From NCBI RefSeq assembly GCF_009914755.1, contig NC_060948.1: DNA of 64,000 bases, one strand, 5' to 3'. Both the position numbers and the translations under genes were made by a program. This document shows positions 1 to 14,267 of this stretch, piece after piece. How positions within the stretch are numbered: the first letter of the stretch is position 1; the number at the start of each line of letters is the position of its first letter. The DNA comes from the human T2T-CHM13v2.0 reference genome, Homo sapiens. The notes under the pieces are model-generated. The model did not search any database. It was given only the letters and a program-made list of their open reading frames with translations, and was not told where the DNA came from.

Positions 1-208
1 TTGGAATGGTCTAGTATGCAATGCAATCGACTGGCAGGGAATCAAAAGGAATGTAATCGAATGGATTGGACTGGAATGCAATGGACTCGAATAGATTGGA
101 AACGGAAAGCAAAGGAATGGAATGGAATAGTATGGAATGGAATGCAAAGGAATGGAGTGGAATAGACTAGAGTGGAATGGAATGGACTCGAAAGCAATGG
201 ACTGGAAT

Positions 209-223
209 GGAACTTTCTTGAAT
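209..223. promoter_or_regulatory. Consensus heat-shock element 1 (gGAAc-tTTCt-tGAAt), recurring once per unit
   Basis: Three alternating nGAAn pentamers seen directly. Intact in 16 of 18 units by eye (gaaac variant in U9 and U14). Function is inferred only. Confidence 0.5.
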
Positions 224-1935
224 GGACTGGAATCAAACGGAATGGAATGCAATGCAATCAAATGGCATGGAATAAAATAGAATGAAAGAGAATCAAATGG
301 AATTGAATCGAATGGAATCGAATGGATTGGAAAGGAATAGAATGGAATGGAATGGAATTGACTCAAATGGAATGGACTAGAATGGAATGGATTCGAATGG
401 AAGGCAAAGGAATGGAATCTATTGGAATGGACTGTAATGGAATGGAATGGAAGGGATTGGAATGGACTCGAATGGAATGGACTGCAGTAGAAAGGATTCG
501 AATGGAATGAAAAAGAATTGAATGGAATAGAACAGAATGGAATCAAATCGAATGAAATGGAATGGAATAGAAAGGAATGGAATGAAATGGAATGGAAAGG
601 ATTCGAATGGAATGCAATCGAATGGAATGCAATCGAATGGAATGGAATCGAACGGAATGGAATAAAATGGAAGAAAACTGGCAAGAAATGGAATCGAAAT
701 GAATGGAGTGTTATGGAACGGACTCAAAAGGAATTGAATGTAATAGAATGGAGTGGAGTGGACTCGAATATAATGGACTGGAATGGAATGAAATCACATG
801 GAATGGGAACGAATGGAATGGAATGGAAAGGAATGGAATCGAATGCAAAGGAATCCAATGGAAGGGAATGAAATTGAATCAACAGGAATGGAAGGGAGTA
901 GAATAGACGGTAATGGAATGGACTCGAATAGAATGGACACGAATGCTCAAATTGAATGGACTCGAATGGAATGGCAACGAAAGGAATGTCATCGAATGGA
1001 ATTGAATCGATTGGAATGAAATCACATAGAATGGAGTGGAATCAAATGGAATTGAATCGAAAGGAAAGGAAGCGAATGGACTGAAATGAAATGGAATGGA
1101 ATTGAATGGAAATTAATTCAATGGCATAGAATGGAACGAAATTTCACGGAATGGAATCAAACTGAATGGAATCAAATCAATGGAATATAATCAAATGGAA
1201 TGGAAAGGAATTGAATGGAGTAGATTGAATTGGATGGGATTGGAATGAAATGTACTGGAAAGGACTCGAATTTCATGAAACGGAATGGAATGAATTAGAA
1301 CGGAATGGACTCGAATGGAATGGAATGTCATGGAATGGCATCAAATGGAATGGGATCGAATGCGATGGAATGCTATGGAATGGAATGGAATGCATTGGAA
1401 TGGAATGTCCTCTAATGGAATGTATTCGAGTGGAATGGAATCGAATATAATGGAGTCTAATGAAATGGAATTGAAAGGAATGGGACCGAATACAATGGAA
1501 TATACTGGAATGTAATGTAATGAACTCGAATGTAATTGACTGGAATGGAATGTACATGAATGGAATGTAATCGAATGGAAAGCAATCCAATGGAATAGAA
1601 TCTAATGCAATAAAATCGACTCAAATAGAGTAGAATGTAATGGAATGGAGTGCAGTGCAATGGAATGGAATGGAATGGAATGCAATGGAATGGAATGGAA
1701 TGGAATGGGATGGAATGGTATGGAATGGATAGTAATGGACTGGAGTGAAATGGACTGGAAAAGAATGGACTCAAATTGAAAGGGCTCGAAAGGAATGGAG
1801 TCAAATGGAATGGTCTGGAATGGAATGAACATGAATGTAATGCAATCCAATAGAATGGAATCGAATGGCATGGAATATAAAGAAATGGAATCGAAGAGAA
1901 TGGAAACAAATGGAATGGAATTGAATGGAATGGAA

Positions 1936-2089
1936 TTGAATGGAATGGGAACGAATGGAGTGAAATTGTATGCAGTAGAAGAGAATAGAATGGAATGCAA
2001 GCGAAAGGAAAGGAATGGATTGGAATGGAATGGAATTCATTGGAATGGAAGGGAATGTAGTGTAATGGACAGGCCTGGAATAAAGTGGA
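1936..2089 (+). other. Segment bounded by the classical Y1.1/Y1.2 DYZ1 sexing-PCR primer sites (repeated per unit); contains EcoRI 2033-2038 and StuI/HaeIII 2071-2076
   Basis: ttgaatggaatgggaacgaatgg (1936-1958) and ggacaggcctggaataaagtgga (2067-2089) match primer sequences recalled from memory, not checked against a database. Confidence 0.7.
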
Positions 2090-2093
2090 ATGC

Positions 2094-2328
2094 TACGGTC
2101 TCGAATGGAATAAAAATGTATGGAATGGAATGCAATGAAACGGAATCGAATGTCATAGAATGTAATGGAATGCAAAAAAATGGACTCCAAAATCATTGAC
2201 TGGAAAGGCTGGGTGTCGAAAGGAATTGACTCCAATGGAATGGAATCGAATGGAATGGAAGTGAATAGAATCGAACTAAATCGAATGGAATGGAATTGAT
2301 AGGAACGGAATGGAAAGGAATGCAATGA
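2094..2328 (+). other. Probable sY160-type DYZ1 STS amplicon (235 bp here, repeated per unit)
   Basis: tacggtctcgaatggaata (2094-2112) and aatggaaaggaatgcaatga (2309-2328) resemble the sY160 primers as recalled from memory (one G fewer than the recalled forward primer). Not verified. Confidence 0.6.
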
Positions 2329-2446
2329 TTTGGCATGGAATGGAATCGAATGGCATCGAATGGAATGGAATGGAATGCAATGGAATGGAATGTATTAGAA
2401 TGTAATGAACTTTAATGGAATGTACTCGAATGGATTCGACTGGAAT

Positions 2447-2461
2447 GGAATGTTCTCGAAG
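2447..2461. promoter_or_regulatory. Consensus heat-shock element 2 (gGAAt-gTTCt-[c/g/t]GAAg), recurring once per unit
   Basis: Three alternating nGAAn pentamers. Intact in all 18 units by eye, varying only at a degenerate n position. Function is inferred only. Confidence 0.55.
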
Positions 2462-2716
2462 TGAATGGACTCCAATGGAATGGATTCGAAAGGAATGGAA
2501 TCTAATGGAATGGAATTAAATGGAAATGAATCAAATTGAATAGAACGGAATTGAATTGAATGGAATCGAATGCAATGGAATCTAATGAAACGGAAAGGAA
2601 AGGAATGGAATGGATTGGAATGGAATGGGCTGGAATGGAATGGAATCGAAACGAATGGAATGGAATCGAACTGAAGAGACTGGAATGGAATGCACTGGAA
2701 TGGAAGGGAATGTAAT

Positions 2717-2731
2717 GGAAGGTTCTCGAAA
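2717..2731. promoter_or_regulatory. Consensus heat-shock element 3 (gGAAg-gTTCt-cGAAa), recurring once per unit
   Basis: Three alternating nGAAn pentamers. Intact in 15 of 18 units by eye (broken in U6, U11 and U15). Function is inferred only. Confidence 0.5.
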
Positions 2732-3595
2732 AAAATGGAATCGAAAGGAAAGGAACTGAATGGAACGGAATAGAGTCGAATGGAATTCAATGGAATGGAA
2801 TGGACTAGAGTGAAATGGAATCGAACCACAAGGAATGGACAGGAATAGAATGGTCTCGAATTGAATGGAATCGTATGGAATGGCATCAAACGGAATGGAA
2901 TGGACAGCCACGGAATGGAATGGACACCCACGGAATGGAATGCACTCGAATGCAATGGAGTCGACACTAATGGACTGGAATAGAATGGACTCGACTGGTA
3001 CGGACTCCAATGGAATGGAATCGAATGGAAGGGAATCGAACGGAATGGACTCGAAGGGAAAAGGCTGCAATGGAAAGGTCTCCAATGGAATGGAAATTAA
3101 TGGAATGGAATGGAATCGAATGAAATGGAGTCAAAAGGAATGGAATCGAATGGCAAGAAATCGAATGTAATGGAATCGCAAGGAATTGATGTGAACGGAA
3201 CGGAATGGAATGGAATCCAAAGGAATGGAATAGAATGGAATGGAATCGAATGGAAAGGACTCGAATGGAAATCACTCGAATAGAATGCAATTTAATAAAA
3301 TAGGATCAAATGTAATGGAATGGAATGGAAAGGAATCGAAACGAAAGGAATGGAGACAGATGGAATGGAATGGAACAGAGAGCAATGGTATAGAATGGAA
3401 TGGAATCATCTGGAATGGAAGTGAATTGAATGGAATAATATGAAATGGAATGGAATTTAATGGAATGGAATGCCCTTGTATTAAATGGACTGGAATGGAA
3501 TGGACTCGAACAGAGTGGAATGGAAAGTGTTGAAATAGAATGGAATGGACTCGTTTGGAATGGTCTAGTATGCAATGCAATCGACTGGCAGGGAA

Positions 3596-6500
3596 TCAAA
3601 AGGAATGTAATCGAATGGATTGGACTGGAATGCAATGGACTCGAATAGATTGGAAACGGAAAGCAAAGGAATGGAATGGAATAGTATGGAATGGAATGGA
3701 AAGGAATGGAGAGGAATAGACTAGAGTGGAATGGAATGGACTCGAAAGCAATGGACTGGAATGGAACTTTCTTGAATGGACTGGAATCAAACGGAATGGA
3801 ATGCAATGCAATCAAATGGCATGGAATAAAATAGAATGAAAGAGAATGAAATGGAATTGAATCGAATGGAATCGAATGGATTGGAAAGGAATAGAATGGA
3901 ATGGAACGGAATTGACTCAAATGGAATGGACTAGAATGGAATGGATTCGAATGGAAGGCAAAGGAATGGAATCTATTGGAATGGACTGTAATGGAATGGA
4001 ATGGAAGGGATTGGAATGGACTCGAATGGAATGGACTGCAATAGAAAGGATTCGAATGGAATGAAAAAGAATTGAATGGAATAGAACAGAATGGAATCAA
4101 ATCGAATGAAATGGAATGGAATAGAAAGGAATGGAATGAAATGGAATGGAAAGGATTCGAATGGAATGCAATCGAATGGAATGAAATCGAATGGAATGGA
4201 ATCGAACGGAATGGAATAAAATGGAAGAAAACTGGCAAGAAATGGAGTCGAAATGAATGGAGTGTTATGGAACGGACTCAAAAGGAATTGAATGTAATAG
4301 AATGGAGTGGAGTGGACTCGAATATAATGGACTGGAATGGAATGAAATCACATGGAATGGGAACGAATGGAATGGAATGGAAAGGAATGGAATCGAATGG
4401 AAAGGAATCGAATGGAAGGGAATGAAATTGAATCAACAGGAATGGAAGGGAGTAGAATAGACGGTAATGGAATGGACTCGAATAGAATGGACACGAATGC
4501 TCAAATTGAATGGACTCGAATGGAATGGAAACGAAAGGAATGTCATCGAATGGAATTGAATCGATTGGAATGAAATCACATAGAATGGAGTGGAATCAAA
4601 TGGAATTGAATCGAAAGGAAAGGAAGCGAATGGACTGAAATGAAATGGAATGGAATTGAATGGAAATTAATGCAATGGAATAGAATGGAACGAAATTTCA
4701 CGGAATGGAATCAAACTGAATGGAATCAAATCAATGGAATATAATCAAATGGAATGGAAAGGAATTGAATGGAGTAGATTGGATTGGATGGGATTGGAAT
4801 GAAATGTACTGGAAAGGACTCGAATTTCATGAAACGGAATGGAATGAATTAGAACGGAATGGACTCGAATGGAATGGAATGTCATGGAATGGCATCAAAT
4901 GGAATGGAATCGAATGCGATGGAATGCTATGGAATGGAATGGAATGCATTGGAATGGAATGTCCTCTAATGGAATGTATTCGAGTGGAATGGAATCGAAT
5001 ATAATGGAGTCTAATGAAATGGAATTGAAAGGAATGGGACCGAATACAATGGAATATACTGGAATGTAATGTAATGAACTCGAATGTAATTGACTGGAAT
5101 GGAATATACATGAATGGAATGTAATCGAATGGAAAGCAATCCAATGGAATAGAATCTAATGCAATAAAACCGACTGAGATAGAGTAGAATGTAATGGAAT
5201 GGAGTGCAGTGCAATGGAAGGGAATGGAATTGAATGCAATGGAATGGAATGGAATGGAATGGAATGGAATGGAATGGAATGGAATGGGATGGAATGGTAT
5301 GGAATGGATAGTAATGGACTGGAGTGAAATGGACTGGAAAAGAATGGACTCAAATTGAAAGGGCTCGAAAGGAATGGAGTCAAATGGAATGGTCTGGAAT
5401 GGAATGAACATGAATGTAATGCAATCCAATAGAATGGAATCGAATGGCATGGAATATAAAGAAATGGAATCGAAGAGAATGGAAACAAATGGAATGGAAT
5501 TGAATGGAATGGAATTGAATGGAATGGGAACGAATGGAGTGAAATTGTATGCAGTAGAAGAGAATAGAATGGAATGCAAGCGAAAGGAAAGGAATGGATT
5601 GGAATGGAATGGAATTCATTGGAATGGAAGGGAATGTAGTGTAATGGACAGGCCTGGAATAAAGTGGAATGCTACGGTCTCGAATGGAATAAAAATGTAT
5701 GGAATGGAATGCAATGAAACGGAATCGAATGTCATAGAATGTAATGGAATGCAAAAAAATGGACTCCAAAATCATTGACTGGAAAGGCTGGGTGTCGAAA
5801 GGAATTGACTCCAATGGAATGGAATCGAATGGAATGGAAGTGAATAGAATCGAACTAAATCGAATGGAATGGAATTGATAGGAACGGAATGGAAAGGAAT
5901 GCAATGATTTGGCATGGAATGGAATCGAATGGCATCGAATGGAATGGAATGGAATGCAATGGAATGGAATGTATTAGAATGTAATGAACTTTAATGGAAT
6001 GTACTCGAATGGATTCGACTGGAATGGAATGTTCTCGAAGTGAATGGACTCCAATGGAATGGATTCGAAAGGAATGGAATCTAATGGAATGGAATTAAAT
6101 GGAAATGAATCAAATTGAATAGAACGGAATTGAATTGAATGGAATCGAATGCAATGGAATCTAATGAAACGGAAAGGAAAGGAATGGAATGGATTGGAAT
6201 GGAATGGGCTGGAATGGAATGGAATCGAAACGAATGGAATGGAATCGAACTGAAGAGACTGGAATGGAATGCACTGGAATGGAAGGGAATGTAATGGAAG
6301 GTTCTCGAAAAAAATGGAATCGAAAGGAATGGAATTGAATGGAACGGAATAGAGTCGAATGGAATTCAATGGAATGGAATGGACTAGAGTGAAATGGAAT
6401 CGAACCACAAGGAATGGACAGGAATAGAATGGTCTCGAATTGAATGGAATCGTATGGAATGGCATCAAACGGAATGGAATGGACAGCCACGGAATGGAAT

Positions 6501-7169
6501 GGACACCCACGGAATGGAATGCACTCGAATGCAATGGAGTCGACACTAATGGACTGGAATAGAATGGACTCGACTGGTACGGACTCCAATGGAATGGAAT
6601 CGAATGGAAGGGAATCGAACGGAATGGACTCGAAGGGAAAAGACTGCAATGGAAAGGTCTCCAATGGAATGGAAATTAATGGAATGGAATGGAATCGAAT
6701 GAAATGGAGTCAAAAGGAATGGAATCGAATGGCAAGAAATCGAATGTAATGGAATCGCAAGGAATTGATGTGAACGGAACGGAATCGAATGGAATCCAAA
6801 GGAATGGAATAGAATGGAATGGAATCGAATGGAAAGGACTCGAATGGAAATCACTCGAATTGAATGCAATTTAATAAAATAGGATCAAATGTAATGGAAT
6901 GGAATGGAAAGGAATCGAAACGAAAGGAATGGAGACAGATGGAATGGAATGGAACAGAGAGCAATGGTATAGAATGGAATGGAATCATCTGGAATGGAAT
7001 TGAATGGAATGGAATAATATGAAATGGAATGGAATGGAATGGAATGCCCTTGAATTAAATGGACTGGAATGGAATGGACTCGAACAGAGTGGAATGGAAA
7101 GTGTTGAAATAGAATGGAATGGACTCGTTTGGAATGGTCTAGTATGCAATGCAATCGACTGGCAGGGAA
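3596..7169 (+). repeat. DYZ1 unit U2 (3574 bp, subtype A)
   Basis: Landmark spacing; HaeIII at 5651; pure (GGAAT)9 at 5241-5285. Confidence 0.9.
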
Positions 7170-10100
7170 TCAAAAGGAATGTAATCGAATGGATTGGACT
7201 GGAATGCAATGGACTCGAATAGATTGGAAACGGAAAGCAAAGGAATGGAATGGAATAGTATGGAATGGAATGGAAAGGAATGGAGAGGAATAGACTAGAG
7301 TGGAATGGAATGGACTCGAAAGCAATGGACTGAAATGGAACTTTCTTGAATGGACTGGAATCAAACGGAATGGAATGCAATGCAATCAAATGGCATGGAA
7401 TAAAATAGAATGAAAGAGAATCAAATGGAATTGAATCGAATGGAATCGAATGGATTGGAAAGGAATAGAATGGAATGGAATGGAATTGACTCAAATGGAA
7501 TGGACTAGAATGGAATGGATTCGAATGGAAGGCAAAGGAATGGAATCTATTGGAATGGACTGTAATGGAATGGAATGGAAAGGATTGGAATGGACTCGAA
7601 TGGAATGGACTGCAATAGAAAGGATTCGAATGGAATGAAAATGAATTGAATGGAATAGAACAGAATGGAATCAAATCGAATGAAATGGAATGGAATAGAA
7701 AGGAATGGAATGAAATGGAATGGAAAGGATTCGAATGGAATGCAATCGAATGGAATGCAATCAAATGGAATGGAATCGAACGGAATGGAATAAAATGGAA
7801 GAAAACTGGCAAGAAATGGAGTCGAAATGAATGGAGTGTTATGGAACCGACTCAAAAGGAATTGAATGTAATAGAATGGAGTGGAGTGGACTCGAATATA
7901 ATGGACTGGAATGGAATGAAATCACATGGAATGGGAACGAATGGAATGGAATGGAAAGGAATGGAATCGAATGGAAAGGAATCGAATGGAAGGGAATGAA
8001 ATTGAATCAACAGGAATGGAAGGGAGTAGAATAGACGGTAATGGAATGGACTCGAATAGAATGGACACGAATGCTCAAATTGAATGGACTCGAATGGAAT
8101 GGAAACGAAAGGAATGTCATCGAATGGAATTGAATCGATTGGAATGAAATCACATAGAATGGAGTGGAATCAAATGGAATTGAATCGAAAGGAAAGGAAG
8201 CGAATGGACTGAAATGAAATGGAATGGAATTGAATGGAAATTAATGCAATGGAATAGAATGGAACGAAATTTCACGGAATGGAATCAAACTGAATGGAAT
8301 CAAATCAATGGAATATAATCAAATGGAATGGAAAGGAATTGAATGGAGTAGATTGGATTGGATGGGATTGGAATGAAATGTACTGGAAAGGACTCGAATT
8401 TCATGAAACGGAATGGAATGAATTAGAACGGAATGGACTCGAATGGAATGGAATGTCATGGAATGGCATCAAATGGAATGGAATCGAATGCGATGGAATG
8501 CTATGGAATGGAATGGAATGCATTGGAATGGAATGTCCTCTAATGGAATGTATTCGAGTGGAATGGAATCGAATATAATGGAGTCTAATGAAAGGGAATT
8601 GAAAGGAATGGGACCGAATACAATGGAATATACTGGAATGTAATGTAATGAACTCGAATGTAATTGACTGGAATGGAATGTACATGAATGGAATGTAATC
8701 GAATGGAAAGCAATCCAATGGAATAGAATCTAATGCAATAAAATCGACTCAAATAGAGTAGAATGTAATGGAATGGAGTGCAGTGCAATGGAATGGAATG
8801 GAATGGAATGCAATGGAATGGAATGGAATGGAATGGAATGGGATGGAATGGTATGGAATGGATAGTAATGGACTGGAGTGAAATGGACTGGAAAAGAATG
8901 GACTCAAATTGAAAGGGCTCGAAAGGAATGGAGTCAAATGGAATGGTCTGGAATGGAATGAACACGAATGTAATGCAATCCAATAGAATGGAATCGAATG
9001 GCATGGAATATAAAGAAATGGAATCGAAGAGAATGGAAACAAATGGAATGGAATTGAATGGAATGGAATTGAATGGAATGGGAACGAATGGAGTGAAATT
9101 GTATGCAGTAGAAGAGAATAGAATGGAATGCAAGCGAAAGGAAAGGAATGGATTGGAATGGAATGGAATTCATTGGAATGGAAGGGAATGTAGTGTAATG
9201 GACAGGCCTGGAATAAAGTGGAATGCTACGGTCTCGAATGGAATAAAAATATATGGAATGGAATGCAATGAAACGGAATCGAATGTCATAGAATGTAATG
9301 GAATGCAAAAAAATGGAATCCAAAATCATTGACTGGAAAGGCTGGGTGTCGAAAGGAATTGACTCCAATGGAATGGAATCGAATGGAATGGAAGTGAATA
9401 GAATGGAACTAAATCGAATGGAATGGAATTCATAAGAACGGAATGGAAAGGAATGCAATGATTTGGCATGGAATGGAATCGAATGGCATCGAATGGAATG
9501 GAATGGAATGCAATGGAATGGAATGTATTAGAATGTAATGAACTTTAATGGAATGTACTCGAATGGATTCGACTGGAATGGAATGTTCTCGAAGTGAATG
9601 GACTCCAATGGAAGGGATTCGAAAGGAATGGAATCTAATGGAATGGAATTAAATGGAAATGAATCAAATTGAATAGAACGGAATTGAATTGAATGGAATC
9701 GAATGCAATGGAATCTAATGAAACGGAAAGGAAAGGAATGGAATGGATTGGAATGGAATGGGCTGGAATGGAATGGAATCGAAACGAATGGAATGGAATC
9801 GAACTGAAGAGACTGGAATGGAATGCACTGGAATGGAAGGGAATGTAATGGAAGGTTCTCGAAAAAAATGGAATCGAAAGGAATGGAATTGAATGGAACG
9901 GAATAGAGTCGAATGGAATTCAATGGAATGGAATGGACTAGAGTGAAATGGAATCGAACCACAAGGAATGGACAGGAATAGAATGGTCTCGAATTGAATG
10001 GAATCGTATGGAATGGCATCAATCAGAATGGAATGGACAGCCACGGAATGGAATGGACACCCACGGAATGGAATGCACTCGAATGCAATGGAGTCGACAC

Positions 10101-10723
10101 TAACGGACTGGAATAGAATGGACTCGACTGATACGGACTCCAATGGAATGGAATCGAATGGAAGGGAATCGAACGGAATGGACTCGAAGGAAAAAGACTG
10201 CAATGGAAAGGTCTCCAATGGAATGGAAATTAATGGAATGGAATGGAATCGAATGAAATGGAGTCAAAAGGAATGGAATCGAATGGCAAGAAATCGAATG
10301 TAATGGAATCGCAAGGAATTGATGTGAACGGAACGGAATGGAATGGAATCCAAAGGAATGGAATAGAATGGAATGGAATCGAATGGAAAGGACTCGAATG
10401 GACATCACTCGAATTGAATGCAATTTAATAAAATAGGATCAAATGTAATGGAATGGAATGGAAAGGAATCGAAACGAAAGGAATGGAGACAGATGGAATG
10501 GAATGGAACAGAGAGCAATGGTATAGAATGTAATGGAATCATCTGTAATGGAATTGAATGGAATGGAATAACATGAAATGGACTGGAATGGAATGGAATG
10601 CCCTTGAATTAAATGGACTGGAATGGAATGGACTCGAACAGAGTGGAATGGAAAGTGTTGAAATAGAATGGAATGGACTCGTTTGGAATGGTCTAGTATG
10701 CAATGCAATCGACTGGCAGGGAA
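7170..10723 (+). repeat. DYZ1 unit U3 (3554 bp, subtype A)
   Basis: Landmark spacing; HaeIII at 9205. Confidence 0.9.
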
Positions 10724-13700
10724 TCAAAAGGAATGTAATCGAATGGATTGGACTGGAATGCAGTGGACTCGAATAGATTGGAAACGGAAAGCAAAGGAAT
10801 GGAATGGAATAGTATGGAATGGAATGGAAAGGAATGGAGTGGAATAGACTAGAGTGGAATGGAATGGACTCGAAAGCAATGGACTGGAATGGAACTTTCT
10901 TGAATGGACTGGAATCAAACGGAATGGAATGCAATGCAATCAAATGGCATGGAATAAAATAGAATGAAAGAGAATGAAATGGAATTGAATCGAATGGAAT
11001 CGAATGGATTGGAAAGGAATAGAATGGAATGGAATGGAATTGACTCAAATGGAATGGACTAGAATGGAATGGATTCGAATGGAAGGCAAAGGAATGGAAT
11101 CTATTGGAATGGACTGTAATGGAATGGAATGGAAGGGATTGGAATGGACTCGAATGGAATGGACTGCAATAGAAAGGATTCGAATGGAATGAAAAAGAAT
11201 TGAATGGAATAGAACAGAATGGAATCAAATCGAATGAAATGGAATGGAATAGAAAGGAATGGAATGAAATGGAATGGAAAGGATTCGAATGGAATGCAAT
11301 CGAATGGAATGCAATCTAATGGAATGGAATCGAACGGAATGGAATAAAATGGAAGAAAACTGGCAAGAAATGGAGTCGAAATGAATGGAGTGTTATGGAA
11401 CCGACTCAAAAGGAATTGAATGTAATAGAATGGAGTGGAGTGGACTCGAATATAATGGACTGGAATGGAATGAAATCACATGGAATGGGAACGAATGGAA
11501 TGGAATGGAAAGGAATGGAATCGAATGGAAAGGAATCGAATGGAAGGGAATGAAATTGAATCAACAGGAATGGAAGGGAGTAGAATAGACGGTAATGGAA
11601 TGGACTCGAATAGAATGGACACGAATGCTCAAATTGAATGGACTCGAATGGAATGGAAACGAAAGGAATGTCATCGAATGGAATTGAATCGATTGGAATG
11701 AAATCACATAGAATGGAGTGGAATCAAATGGAATTGAATCGAAAGGAAAGGAAGCGAATGGACTGAAATGAAATGGAATGGAATTGAATGGAAATTAATG
11801 CAATGGAATAGAATGGAACGAAATTTCACGGAATGGAATCAAACTGAATGGAATCAAATCAATGGAATATAATCAAATGGAATGGAAAGGAATTGAATGG
11901 AGTAGATTGGATTGGATGGGATTGGAATGAAATGTACTGGAAAGGACTCGAATTTCATGAAACGGAATGGAATGAATTAGAACGGAATGGACTCGAATGG
12001 AATGGAATGTCATGGAATGGCATCAAATGGAATGGAATCGAATGCGATGGAATGCTATGGAATGGAATGGAATGCATTGGAATGGAATGTCCTCTAATGG
12101 AATGTATTCGAGTGGAATGGAATCGAATATAATGGAGTCTAATGAAATGGAATTGAAAGGAATGGGACCGAATACAATGGAATATACTGGAATGTAATGT
12201 AATGAACTCGAATGTAATTGACTGGAATGGAATGTACATGAATGGAATGTAATCGAATGGAAAGCAATCCAATGGAATAGAATCTAATGCAATAAAACCG
12301 ACTGAGATAGAGTAGAATGTAATGGAATGGAGTGCAGTGCAATGGAATGGAATGGAATGGAATGCAATGGAATGGAATGGAATGGAATGGAATGGAATGA
12401 GATGGAATGGTATGGAATGGATAGTAATGGACTGGAGTGAAATGGACTGGAAAAGAATGGACTCAAATTGAAAGGGCTCGAAAGGAATGGAGTCAAATGG
12501 AATGGTCTGGAATGGAATGAACACGAATGTAATGCAATCCAATGGAATGGAATCGAATGGCATGGAATATAAAGAAATGGAATCGAAGAGAATGGAAACA
12601 AATGGAATGGAATTGAATGGAATGGAATTGAATGGAATGGGAACGAATGGAGTGAAATTGTATGCAGTAGAAGAGAATAGAATGGAATGCAAGCGAAAGG
12701 AAAGGAATGGATTGGAATGGAATGGAATTCATTGGAATGGAAGGGAATGTAGTGTAATGGACAGGCCTGGAATAAAGTGGAATGCTACGGTCTCGAATGG
12801 AATAAAAATGTATGGAATGGAATGCAATGAAACGGAATCGAATGTCATAGAATGTAATGGAATGCAAAAAAATGGACTCCAAAATCATTGACTGGAAAGG
12901 CTGGGTGTCGAAAGGAATTGACTCCAATGGAATGGAAGTGAATAGAATGGAACTAAATCGAATGGAATGGAATTGATAGGAACGGAATGGAAAGGAATGC
13001 AATGATTTGGCATGGAATGGAATCGAATGGCATCGAATGGAATGGAATGGAATGCAATGGAATGGAATGTATTAGAATGTAATGAACTTTAATGGAATGT
13101 ACTCGAATGGATTCGACTGGAATGGAATGTTCTCGAAGTGAATGGACTCCAATGGAATGGATTCGAAAGGAATGGAATCTAATGGAATGGAATTAAATGG
13201 AAATGAATCAAATTGAATAGAACGGAATTGAATTGAATGGAATCGAATGCAATGGAATCTAATGAAACGGAAAGGAAAGGAATGGAATGGATTGGAATGG
13301 AATGGGCTGTAATGGAATGGAATCGAAACGAATGGAATGGAATCGAACTGAAGAGACTGGAATGGAATGCACTGGAATGGAAGGGAATGTAATGGAAGGT
13401 TCTCGAAAAAAATGGAATCGAAAGGAATGGAATTGAATGGAACGGAATAGAGTCGAATGGAATTCAATGGAATGGAATGGACTAGAGTGAAATGGAATCG
13501 AACCACAAGGAATGGACAGGAATAGAATGGTCACGAATTGAATGGAATCGTATGGAATGGCATCAAACGGAATGGAATGGACAGCCACGGAATGGAATGG
13601 ACACCCACGGAATGGAATGCACTCGAATGCAATGGAGTCGACACTAATGGACTGGAATAGAATGGACTCGACTGGTACGGACTCCAATGGAATGGAATCG

Positions 13701-14267
13701 AATGGAAGGGAATCGAACGGAATGGACTCGAAGGGAAAAGACTGCAATGGAAAGGTCTCGAATGGAATGGAAATTAATGGAATGGAATGGAATCGAATGA
13801 AATGGAGTCAAAAGGAATGGAATCGAATGGCAAGAAATCGAATGTAATGGAATCGCAAGGAATGGATGTGAACGGAACGGAATGGAATGGAATCCAAAGG
13901 AATGGAATAGAATGGAATGGAATCGAATGGAAAGGACTCGAATGGAAATCACTCGAATAGAATGCAATTTAATAAAATAGGATCAAATGTAATGGAATGG
14001 AATGGAAAGGAATCGAAACGAAAGGAATGGAGACAGATGGAATGGAATGGAACAGAGAGCAATGGTATAGAATGGAATGGAATCATCTGGAATGGAATTG
14101 AATGGAATGGAATAATATGAAATGGAATGGAATGGAATGGAATGCCCTTGAATTAAATGGACTGGAATGGAATGGACTCGAACAGAGTGGAATGGAAAGT
14201 GTTGAAATAGAATGGAATGGACTCGTTTGGAATGGTCTAGTATGCAATGCAATCGACTTGCAGGGAA
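10724..14267 (+). repeat. DYZ1 unit U4 (3544 bp, subtype A)
   Basis: Landmark spacing; HaeIII at 12764; private 15-bp deletion near 12930. Confidence 0.9.

Larger units (their letters stand above)
42..3595 (+). repeat. DYZ1 unit U1 (3554 bp, subtype A; arbitrary phase starting at tcaaaaggaatgtaa)
   Basis: Landmark spacing 42->3596; HaeIII at 2072; 20-bp gacagccacgg/gacacccacgg duplication at 2901-2940. Confidence 0.9.

Noticed and set aside
1267-1281. Further HSE-like or palindromic sites (gaatttcatgaaa; cgaaatttcacgg at 1137-1151)
   Set aside because: Only two correctly spaced nGAAn units are present. Short palindromes are expected by chance, so these were not counted as perfect HSEs.
3291-3302. 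AATAAA polyadenylation signals and TATA-like AT patches (also ~1609, ~2079, ~2109 in each unit)
   Set aside because: These arise easily from GGAAT decay in an A-rich strand. There is no gene context or clear downstream GU-rich element, so they cannot be supported without transcript 3'-end data.
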